Shown here: positions 1-7,037 of the stretch, piece by piece
How positions within the stretch are numbered: the first letter of the stretch is position 1
Layout of the letters: each line of letters begins with the position of its first letter
Assembly (NCBI GenBank): GCA_041581895.1
Contig: JBFICQ010000002.1
Location: forward strand, 1 to 38,346
DNA length: 38,346 nt
From: Polyangiales bacterium
Lineage (GTDB): Bacteria; Myxococcota_A; Polyangia; Polyangiales; Houyiibacteriaceae
Direction of reading: 5' to 3'
Notes under the pieces: generated by a model
Databases searched by the model: none
What the model was told of the DNA's origin: nothing
Seen by the model: only the letters and a program-made list of their open reading frames with translations
Translations under genes and position numbers: made by a program

Positions 1-1
1 C

Positions 2-214
2 GTCGTTCAAGCTGAGCATAGCGAAGAGCTTCGAGCTGCGTACGAGGGCGCAAGCTTGTCCTTGGTCGATGGACAACCTTTGATTTGGCTAGCCAAGCTG
101 ATGGGGGAGCCCTTTCCGGAGAACGCATCGGAAGCGGAGCGACGTTGGACTTCATCGCAGCGGCTTCCGCCGGAGGCCCGGGTTCTCGAAGAGCCTCAAA
201 CCGGAGGGCGCTGA
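2..214 (+). pseudogene. WecB/TagA/CpsF-family glycosyltransferase-like fragment (5' end lies outside the window; apparently truncated)
   Basis: Frame 2 reads VVQAEHSEELRAAYEGASLSLVDGQPLIWLAKLMGEPFPE. This matches the remembered N-terminal core of TagA/WecB/CpsF enzymes (..adl.l.DG.PlvWa.rllG.plpeR..G.dl). The frame then stops at 212-214, only about 35 codons after the DGxP motif, although family members are about 250 aa. A weakly TagA-like continuation (ERIGSGATLDFIAAASAGG) sits in frame 1, which implies a frameshift. This ORF is not in the supplied track because it is open at the window edge. Confidence 0.35.
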
Positions 215-1506
215 GAGGGCGGCTGCGATGGCGACTTGGAGGGGTTCGCCCCATTGCCATCGCCTTCCCCGGCTGCCGTCGTGATGCCCCGCGCTGGGCG
301 GGGTGCAGGGGGCACGATGCTTTCCGGTGGAATCGTGGTTCGAAGCATCCGCGTTCCCCAGGGCGCGCGCGCGACCACGAAGACCGACAGCAAGATCAAG
401 ACGAGTACGATCCCAGCCAGCCAGCGATTGGGCTGGCGTTTCTGGAAGACGTCGCCTTGGCCGACCTCGGGTATGCGCCGTGGTGCGATCTCGAGGCCAT
501 ACTCCTCGGCGAGATCGATGATACGGGTCGCGTGAATCGCGGGAACCCCAGACTGGAGAAACGAACCAAGCACCGAAGGCGGCATATCATTGATGCCTTT
601 TGGTGGGCGGCGATTGACGCCCGGCAGGAACTTCCGTTTGCCGACTTTGGTACCTACCGACACCGTACCGCCGCCAACGTTGACATAGGCGCGAATCGTG
701 CGATCTCCGGCGTTTTCGTAATAGACCCGCATGCGCTCCCGCACTCTGTTCTGGTCGATGGGCGCAAGCTCGGGAGGTGGTTTTTCAGCTGTTTCCTCGG
801 TTTGCGCTTGCTCTTCTTCCGACTGAACAACGCCAATGCCCGGGATTTCGTTGCGCTCGATCGCGCGCGTCAGCATTCTGCGGCCGCGCTCGGTGATACC
901 GATCGCCTCGTCACCCACACCTCCCAAAGAGGCGGCCACGGACTTGAACGGGAACACCTCGTTCTTTCGAAGCACCGACTCCATGTCGAGCCAAGTGAAC
1001 CCTGGATTGTTCGCGCCCCACTGCGATGCTGCAGTGCTCGAAATGATGATCGGCTCGATCCCGAGCTCATGGAGCGCGGCATAAACGGAGATGTTCATGG
1101 CGGGAAACGACCCGGATACGCCAACCGCAACGACGTCGCCGCTCTTGAGACCCAAGTCCTTGATCCATTGCACGATAACCGCGGCGAAATTCGGGTTTAC
1201 GCTGGTCTGCTTCGAGACGAGGCTGCCGCTTCCGCTCGTGATCGGCGACAACACCTCACCGATGAGCCTGGACCCCGACGGGTCGGTCTTGGTCTGATCG
1301 CGCAAACCGCGCTTTTCCGAAGCGTCGCGAATCACATCCATCGCCTCTTTGGCGGTGCGGGCGGCGAGCAGCTTCTCCGCGTAGTGAGGCTGCCGTTCTT
1401 CAGACGGAAAGCGCTCGACTGCAACGAGACCGGTAATTGCCAAGGCGGCCACGAGCGCGCGCTGGACCTGGGAGGCGCCCTCCGGCTTCCAATACATCCC
1501 TCTCAT
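196..1506 (-). CDS. Poly-gamma-glutamate system protein (third component of PgsA-less pgsBC loci); N-terminal TM, second TM near the C-terminus, then a Pro-rich tail
   Basis: The 436-aa ORF starts at an ATG that overlaps the pgsC stop (ATGA at 1503-1506). The segment GSFPAMNISVYAALHELGIEPIIISSTAASQWGANNPGFTWLDME matches my memory of the TIGRFAMs 'poly-gamma-glutamate system protein' family, which is found beside pgsB/pgsC. The assignment rests on context plus that remembered motif. Confidence 0.55.
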   Translation of the reverse strand: MRGMYWKPEGASQVQRALVAALAITGLVAVERFPSEERQPHYAEKLLAARTAKEAMDVIRDASEKRGLRDQTKTDPSGSRLIGEVLSPITSGSGSLVSKQTSVNPNFAAVIVQWIKDLGLKSGDVVAVGVSGSFPAMNISVYAALHELGIEPIIISSTAASQWGANNPGFTWLDMESVLRKNEVFPFKSVAASLGGVGDEAIGITERGRRMLTRAIERNEIPGIGVVQSEEEQAQTEETAEKPPPELAPIDQNRVRERMRVYYENAGDRTIRAYVNVGGGTVSVGTKVGKRKFLPGVNRRPPKGINDMPPSVLGSFLQSGVPAIHATRIIDLAEEYGLEIAPRRIPEVGQGDVFQKRQPNRWLAGIVLVLILLSVFVVARAPWGTRMLRTTIPPESIVPPAPRPARGITTAAGEGDGNGANPSKSPSQPPSQRPPV

Positions 1507-1961
1507 ATCGTGATGTCTCCCATGAACAGCACGAGGATCATCCTAACGATAATCGCGGCCGTGACGAGGCTCAAAGTCGTTTCGAGCACGCCCTGGCGTT
1601 GGTACCAAATCGCGATTAGCCCCGGAATAATGAAGCCGATTACGGCAGCCTCGGAGAACGGTGTAATTTGGCTTCCAAGCCACCATCGACAGGCCATACC
1701 GAGTAGGTAACCCACTAGAATCGTGAGCGCTGTACGTCGGCGGCCGTAGACGATCGCGACTTGCGAAAGCCCCTTCAGCACACCGAACGTGAGAAGCGCC
1801 GCCAGCAGTGTGATGGCGACGTCCACGGGCTTGTTCGCATAAATCGCGATGTAACCCGGAACGACCATTCCGCCTGCGGCAATACCGAAGAGCTCACCAT
1901 AGAGAAGACTCGCCGCAAGGCCGAGCCCAATGGACAACGATAGCAACTCAAACTCTGGCAT
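1503..1961 (-). CDS. pgsC: Poly-gamma-glutamate biosynthesis membrane protein PgsC/CapC
   Basis: The product is 152 aa from MPEFELLSLSIGLGLAASLLYGELFGIAAGGMVVPGYIAIY... It is a small polytopic protein of PgsC size and pattern. A GGGGGACGG RBS-like run lies upstream. The gene overlaps the pgsB stop by 14 nt. The track ORF extends to 2024, but that extension lies inside pgsB. Confidence 0.8.
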   Translation of the reverse strand: MPEFELLSLSIGLGLAASLLYGELFGIAAGGMVVPGYIAIYANKPVDVAITLLAALLTFGVLKGLSQVAIVYGRRRTALTILVGYLLGMACRWWLGSQITPFSEAAVIGFIIPGLIAIWYQRQGVLETTLSLVTAAIIVRMILVLFMGDITI

Positions 1962-3144
1962 GTTCCGTCCCCCGATTGGCGAAGTACTCCGCCAGCGCCA
2001 ACCCTGGCCCAGCAATGTTTCCAAGCCCCATCACGAGGGCTGAAGACTCGGCGAGGCCCAGCAGAATTTCAAAAATGTCGGCCGGGTGAGATTGGTCGAC
2101 GAAGACGAGTCGCGTGGGATCGAGCCCACTCTTGACGGCGGCGCGGGCAAAGATGTATTGGCCCGTGCCGAGCAGCACCACTTCGTCGGCCTGCACCCAG
2201 TCCGCATAAGACTCCCCGAGCTGCTTGGACCGGTCCGCACGATCGGCGCGGCAGTTGAAGACCGCGATGCGCCTCTTCAGGTCGCGGTGGCGTTCCAATG
2301 CTTGGTCCCAAATGTATTTGGTTGAAATCGGGTCGTTCGCTGCAAAACCATTGACGAATACGAGCTGCCGGCCGAAAAATTCGATGCTCGCCTCGATCAT
2401 CGCACCCGGATCCGGCTTGGCGCGCCACATCCCTCGAAGGGCGGTCTCGGCATCTACTCCCATCTCGTCGCAGGCGGCGAGGGCGAGCTGGACGTTTTCT
2501 TCGTGCTCCAAATACGAGAAAGCTTCCATATCAAAGTTGGTAATGGGGCGAGTGAGGTCTTGCGCGGCACGAAATCTCGAGCGACGTTCCTCGGCGACCT
2601 GCTGAAAGAACGGACGATGCCTTTTCTCGGCCGTGAGGAACACGCCGTCAAACGGCACAGTCGCGGCCAGGGCCCGGGCGACATCTTCCTCGGTCGGCCC
2701 CATGACATCGAGGTGATCCGGTCGTGCGTTCGTGATGACGCCATGGGTTGCACGGACCAGTTTTGCTTCGGAAAGCCACTGAAGCTGAGGCTGAAGCGCC
2801 ATGCACTCGACGACGAGAGCCTCAGCGCGCTGAGCCGCTGCCATGGTAACCGACTGCTTCTGTTCGATGATGTTGGCGCCTCCCGGCCTGTAGACCGGGA
2901 CTTCGCGCCCGTTCGGCAGGATGAAACGTGGAACGGTTCCCGTCGTCTTGGCAACGCATCGGATACCCGCCTCCCGGAGCCCGGCGGCGATCAGGCGCGT
3001 GACGCTGGTCTTTCCGCGGGTCCCGTTGACGTGGATCCGAATGGGGATCTTGGCCAAACGCCTGCGATGCAGGATGAATTCCAGCGCGCCGAGCAGGGCG
3101 AGCAGCCCGGCGGTCGCTAGGATGATCAGAATCTCTTTCGTCAC
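1948..3144 (-). CDS. pgsB: Poly-gamma-glutamate synthase PgsB/CapB (Mur-ligase-like amide ligase)
   Basis: An N-terminal TM helix is followed by IRIHVNGTRGKTSVTRLIAAGLREAGIRCVAKTTGT (P-loop GTRGKT/S, Mur ligase fold). This is collinear with Bacillus PgsB. I chose the GTG at 3142-3144 (VTKEILIIL...) because it has a GGGGA run 9 nt upstream and gives 398 aa. The open frame continues to a TTG at 3213. Confidence 0.85.
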   Translation of the reverse strand: MTKEILIILATAGLLALLGALEFILHRRRLAKIPIRIHVNGTRGKTSVTRLIAAGLREAGIRCVAKTTGTVPRFILPNGREVPVYRPGGANIIEQKQSVTMAAAQRAEALVVECMALQPQLQWLSEAKLVRATHGVITNARPDHLDVMGPTEEDVARALAATVPFDGVFLTAEKRHRPFFQQVAEERRSRFRAAQDLTRPITNFDMEAFSYLEHEENVQLALAACDEMGVDAETALRGMWRAKPDPGAMIEASIEFFGRQLVFVNGFAANDPISTKYIWDQALERHRDLKRRIAVFNCRADRADRSKQLGESYADWVQADEVVLLGTGQYIFARAAVKSGLDPTRLVFVDQSHPADIFEILLGLAESSALVMGLGNIAGPGLALAEYFANRGTEHARV

Positions 3145-3392
3145 GTGGACGTCCCCGGTCGCGGCCAAAGCCCCGAACGGCGAGCCATGTATCAGCTCGT
3201 CGCGAGGCAGCAACCCTGCTCTTTATCGCTTCGTTCGGGACTCCCGTCTCGTTTTCGGAGCATTTCGAGCCGGGAATCGGGCTCGTAGGATTATAACCCT
3301 AAGAGCCGCATAAATTTGTAATCAAGTGTCTAGGTTCTCAGACAACTGCACCCATAAGGGGCAATAAACACCGAATGGGTGTCCATCGTCCT

Positions 3393-4415
3393 TCACCCTC
3401 GACTGGCCCCCGTGGCTTCTAGGTGTTGGCATGTGCGCTCGATGCCCTCCGCCACGCTCACGGATGGGTTGTAACCGAGGTCGCGGCGGGCTTTCTCAAT
3501 GCTGAAATAGTGGTGCGTACACATATAGCGAATCGCGAAGCGTGTGAGGCCGTCTTCGGCATTCAACGTTCCGCCTTTGAGCGTATCGATGCCCTCCTTC
3601 ACGGCGGCGATCGCGTAAACCAACGACTTGGGCGCGCGATACTTGATCGGCGGGAACCCGAGACGCGCTGCAACCTTCCGAACGAAATCCCAAAACGGCA
3701 TCGGCTCGCCGTTGGTGATGAAATAGGCCTCCCCGGCAGCCACGCTTTCGGGGCCGTCAGCCAGAGCTTCGTCAGCGAGGATCACCGCATCGATGAGGTT
3801 GCTCACAAAGGTGTAGTCCGAGAGCCAAACGCCACGACCCACCTGCACGCGCAGCCGCCCTGATTGCGCCTGCTTTAGAAGGGCCGGCATGAAACGCCGG
3901 TCACCGGGTCCAAAGACGACGTGAGGCCTGAGCGCGGTCGTTGCCACCCCGCGGTTTCCGTTTTCGGCGAGCACATACTTTTCTGCAGCGATCTTGCTGT
4001 CAGCGTAGGGCGCCTGCGAGACCGATGAATACGGCAAGCTTTCGTCGCCGTTTTCGATGTCTTTGCCCTCGTATACGACACTTCCGGAGCTGATGTACAC
4101 GAACCGTTTGACGCCCTGTTGCTGTGCAGCCTGGAGCATGTTCTCGGTGCCGCCGAGGTTCACCGCCCAAACCAAATCTTTCTTGTTTTGCTTGGTATGG
4201 ACGATTGAGGCGTTGTGAATGATCGTATCAACGCCCTCGCAGGCCTCCGTGACCGCGGCCTTGTCGGTGATGTCGATGCGTCGGTAATCGATGCCGTCGA
4301 CCGGACACTTTTCAGCCAAATCGATTCCGATGACTCGATCACCCCGAGCCTTGAGGGCGCGAACGATCTCGGCGCCAACGAACCCGCAGGCGCCCGTAAC
4401 CAAGCTGACCGTCAC
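3393..4415 (-). CDS. 3-beta-hydroxysteroid dehydrogenase/isomerase-family NAD(P) enzyme (ERG26/NSDHL/SdmB-like class)
   Basis: LVTGACGFVGAEIV is a Rossmann GxxGxxG motif and YADSKIAAEKYVL is the catalytic YxxxK. Also present are RPHVVFGPGD and the C-terminal FSIEKARRDLGYNPSVS, typical of the 3Beta_HSD family. The GTG start lies 3 nt after the stop of the upstream hydroxylase. Confidence 0.8.
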   Translation of the reverse strand: MTVSLVTGACGFVGAEIVRALKARGDRVIGIDLAEKCPVDGIDYRRIDITDKAAVTEACEGVDTIIHNASIVHTKQNKKDLVWAVNLGGTENMLQAAQQQGVKRFVYISSGSVVYEGKDIENGDESLPYSSVSQAPYADSKIAAEKYVLAENGNRGVATTALRPHVVFGPGDRRFMPALLKQAQSGRLRVQVGRGVWLSDYTFVSNLIDAVILADEALADGPESVAAGEAYFITNGEPMPFWDFVRKVAARLGFPPIKYRAPKSLVYAIAAVKEGIDTLKGGTLNAEDGLTRFAIRYMCTHHYFSIEKARRDLGYNPSVSVAEGIERTCQHLEATGASRG

Positions 4416-4418
4416 GGT

Positions 4419-5093
4419 CTACTCCACGGTGCCGAAGATGATGTCGGGCAACGGCGTGATCGATGCATAGTTCCCCGAGATCATGCTGTGATGGTGCCGG
4501 TCGTGTTTTGCCGCCAAGATGCCCAATGTTTTGACGGGAAAGTGCGGAATATCGACACCGGCATGGTTGAGGATGTTGAACGCCGTGTATGTGACGAACA
4601 GCACCCCCAACGTGTAGAGATGCACGCCACCCACGAGCGCGACCGATCCGAAGAACAAGGAAAGCCCCATGAAGGTTTCGACCGGGTGGAGCAGCAGACT
4701 GTCGATTACTCGGGGGTTGCGAGCTGCATGATGCACTGAGTGAACGCCGCGGAGGATTTTCCACTCGTGAAAGAGGTACCGATGCATGAAGTAGTACCCG
4801 AAATCGTAGATCAAGATTACGGTTACAGCCTCCAGCACGAAGCGCCAAGCGGGAATGGCGTGGTCGTAATAGAGGTAGTCGCCTAGCCCGTACATCACGC
4901 CAAAAATGAGCGCGATCGAGACTGTGCTGTTCAAGACGACCCTCCAGCTGAGCTCGCGATCGGTCGCCGAGCGGTGCGGATCGTCGCTGATCAAGAAGTC
5001 TTGCGCGCGCTCGGAGCGATATGCGTACAGCAAGAGGGCGATCGCGAGGCCTGCCGAAGCGTAGCTTGCGAGTATGACGATCAGGACCTTCAT
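4419..5093 (-). CDS. Fatty-acid-hydroxylase-superfamily membrane di-iron oxygenase (sterol desaturase / C-4 methyl oxidase class)
   Basis: The 224-aa protein has about 4 TM helices and three His boxes: HRYLFH, HSVHH and HDRHHH. This is the HX3-4H / HX2HH / HX2HH signature of the ERG3/ERG25/SMO/CrtZ-type enzymes. Confidence 0.75.
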   Translation of the reverse strand: MKVLIVILASYASAGLAIALLLYAYRSERAQDFLISDDPHRSATDRELSWRVVLNSTVSIALIFGVMYGLGDYLYYDHAIPAWRFVLEAVTVILIYDFGYYFMHRYLFHEWKILRGVHSVHHAARNPRVIDSLLLHPVETFMGLSLFFGSVALVGGVHLYTLGVLFVTYTAFNILNHAGVDIPHFPVKTLGILAAKHDRHHHSMISGNYASITPLPDIIFGTVE

Positions 5094-5120
5094 CGGAATG
5101 TCTGTGAGCTCATTGTAAAC

Positions 5121-6284
5121 CTACTGAACCAATCTGAGAACTAGCGTGCCCGCCACCATGAAGGCGAACACCGCGACCGCCGCCAGTTGAGAAGCCCGCC
5201 GGCCATACGAGGACTTGACCGCCGAGGGGGCCCGAAACGACGTGGAGTCCGCATCGAGCTCCAGTGGCTCGCTGCTCGCGGGGATGCTCTGGCAAAGGAG
5301 AGCCACCCCTTTTGCGATGTCTCGCGCGGAGAGCGCTTCGTGCGTGCGCATGTGGACTCGGCCGCTTCTGACGTGGGCCATGCACGATCCGCAGTAGCCC
5401 GACTCACACGAATGCCCGGGATTCAAGCCAGCCGCCTGTGCACATTCGAGTAGGGTTTTGCCTCGCTCGTACGGAACGGTCCGCGAACGGCCCTGGAGCC
5501 AGAGGCTGAACTTGTCGGGTGCTTCGAACGATTTGACGTCGAGCAGGCGGCGCTCTGTTCGGTCGGGATCGGCGGGCGACACGAATCGCTCGACGTACAC
5601 CAACTCGTCGTGTACCCCGGCTTTACCGAGGGTGTCTTCGACGAGCTCCATGAAAGCCGCTGGGCCGCAAAGATAGAACTCCGCGATGTCGGTGTCATGC
5701 AGGTACTGATGCAACGTCTCGGAAGTGAGATAACCGCTCTCGGAGTCGTAGTGCCGGTGCACGACTAGACGTTCGGGATACTTGCGGATGAGCCGTTCGA
5801 TCTCGTCTGCATAAATGACTGAGTCACGGCGTTGGTTTGCGTAGACGAGGGTGATCGGCCGTTTGGTTGTTACCAAGGCGCTCTTCAGTAAGGAAATGAT
5901 TGGTGTAATCCCGCTTCCGCCAGCATACAGAAACAATGGCGCACTCGAACGGGTCTTCCGGTCTAAAACGAAGCGTCCCTCGGGAACGCTTGCCCGAATC
6001 GTGTCGCCTACGGCGAGATTGTCGTTCATCCAGTTTGAGACTCGACCTCCTTCGACTCGTTTGACCGCGATTTTCGGGGCCTCACCGAGCTCCGGACAAC
6101 TGGACAGGGAGTAGCACCTCGTGACCGCGAAGCCGTTCCAGGGAAGCTCGAAGGTGAGGTGCTGACCGGCTTTGTAGCGGTAGGCGTCTCGAAGCGCAGC
6201 CGGCACCGACAGCTCGAACGAGGTGCAGTCGGCTGTCTCTCGGATCACTGCCGCGATCTCGAGGTCATGGAACTCGACGCTCAT
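5121..6284 (-). CDS. Three-domain oxygenase reductase (FAD/NAD ferredoxin-reductase fold plus C-terminal plant-type 2Fe-2S), KshB/PaaE-like, with a C-terminal TM tail anchor
   Basis: RCYSLSS is the RxYS FAD motif, YAGGSGITP is the NAD motif, and CESGYCGSCMAHV...LLCQS is the Cx4Cx2C...C 2Fe-2S motif. After the ferredoxin domain the protein ends with SQLAAVAVFAFMVAGTLVLRLVQ, a hydrophobic helix. The ATG overlaps the tetR stop (ATGA at 6281-6284). The track ORF's N-terminal extension to 6416 lies inside tetR. Confidence 0.8.
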   Translation of the reverse strand: MSVEFHDLEIAAVIRETADCTSFELSVPAALRDAYRYKAGQHLTFELPWNGFAVTRCYSLSSCPELGEAPKIAVKRVEGGRVSNWMNDNLAVGDTIRASVPEGRFVLDRKTRSSAPLFLYAGGSGITPIISLLKSALVTTKRPITLVYANQRRDSVIYADEIERLIRKYPERLVVHRHYDSESGYLTSETLHQYLHDTDIAEFYLCGPAAFMELVEDTLGKAGVHDELVYVERFVSPADPDRTERRLLDVKSFEAPDKFSLWLQGRSRTVPYERGKTLLECAQAAGLNPGHSCESGYCGSCMAHVRSGRVHMRTHEALSARDIAKGVALLCQSIPASSEPLELDADSTSFRAPSAVKSSYGRRASQLAAVAVFAFMVAGTLVLRLVQ

Positions 6285-6967
6285 GCCCCCTCTTCCAAGC
6301 AGGCCGACTCGAGAACAGCGCCAAGCCGTTCGGGCTTGCAGTAGCTGCGAAGCATGTGCCGAATCGCCTGATTCGCGACCAGTCGAGGAGCCTCTTTGGC
6401 GCCTCGGTCCATCCACATCGCAAGCCTCACTTGTTGGGATGCGATCACGGTTCTCGCCATGAGCTGCGGATCGTCATCGATGAAATAACCATCTTCGATG
6501 CAACGACGAAACATGTCGGCGAAAAGCTCAAGACCAGCGCCAAGCGCTTCGACTTGTTCGGGGCTTCGAAGAAGCTCGATCGTCGACCATGCCGTGACCT
6601 CTTTGAGCTGCATCCGTAGGAAGTCGCGGCGCTTCATGAAAAATGCGAGCTGCATTCGGGTTCCCGCAATGAGCGTCTCGATCGATGGCGCGCCTTCTCG
6701 AAGAATGCCTTGGGCGAGCGCCATGACCTCGCTGAGGCGGCGGCGGTTGACGGCACGGTAGATTTCCCACTTCGATTCGAAGACGCTGTAGAGCGTCGTC
6801 AGGGATAGGCCCGCCTCGGCCGCCACGCGCTGTACCTTCGTCGCCTCGTACCCCACCTCGCCGAATACCCGCTCGGCCGCGTCCAGCACAGCCTCGCGGT
6901 AGAGCTCGCGCTTCTTGTCTTTGAGGCTTTCCTGGGCTTTGTGCTTGGTTTTCGCGGCCGAAATCAA
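6281..6967 (-). CDS. TetR/AcrR-family transcriptional regulator
   Basis: The N-terminal HTH reads RELYREAVLDAAERVFGEVGYEATKVQRVAAEAGLSLTTLYSVFESKWEIY. It is the first gene of the reductase-hydroxylase-3bHSD operon. The only in-frame start at the 5' end is a TTG (6965-6967). Confidence 0.85.
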   Translation of the reverse strand: MISAAKTKHKAQESLKDKKRELYREAVLDAAERVFGEVGYEATKVQRVAAEAGLSLTTLYSVFESKWEIYRAVNRRRLSEVMALAQGILREGAPSIETLIAGTRMQLAFFMKRRDFLRMQLKEVTAWSTIELLRSPEQVEALGAGLELFADMFRRCIEDGYFIDDDPQLMARTVIASQQVRLAMWMDRGAKEAPRLVANQAIRHMLRSYCKPERLGAVLESACLEEGA

Positions 6968-6969
6968 GA

Positions 6970-7033
6970 CTCAGAATGATAGTAAACAAAATCAGAATGT
7001 CAATTCTGAGCTCGGCTAGCGCGCTAGAATGTC
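6970..7033. promoter_or_regulatory. Divergent promoter/operator region with TCAGAAT repeats and a perfect palindrome
   Basis: TCAGAATG occurs at 6971-6978. The palindrome TCAGAAT-gtca-ATTCTGA lies at 6992-7009. A further copy, TAGAATGTC, lies at 7025-7033 (8/9 identical to CAGAATGTC at 6993-7001). On the minus strand, TTGACA (6998-7003), a 16-nt spacer and TATCAT (6976-6981) form a near-consensus sigma70-like promoter that ends about 8 nt from the tetR TTG. On the plus strand, TAGAAT (7025-7030) lies 7 nt before the ATG at 7038. Confidence 0.55.
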
Positions 7034-7037
7034 CCCC

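Noticed and set aside
85-1710. 541-aa plus-strand ORF, the longest ORF at the left end of the window
   Set aside because: It is antisense to the well-supported pgs-system and pgsC genes. It is Arg/Gly/Ala-rich with no recognisable motif, which is the typical shadow ORF of GC-rich DNA. Only its first few codons (ERIGSGATLDF) might be a frameshifted relic of the TagA-like fragment.
3349-3381. Inverted repeat CACCCAT-(19 nt)-ATGGGTG just downstream of the 3beta-HSD stop, considered as a possible intrinsic terminator
   Set aside because: The stem is only 7 bp, the loop is 19 nt and no U-tract follows on the minus strand. That is too weak to call. The surrounding lower-GC stretch (about 3290-3375) more plausibly holds the pgsB promoter.
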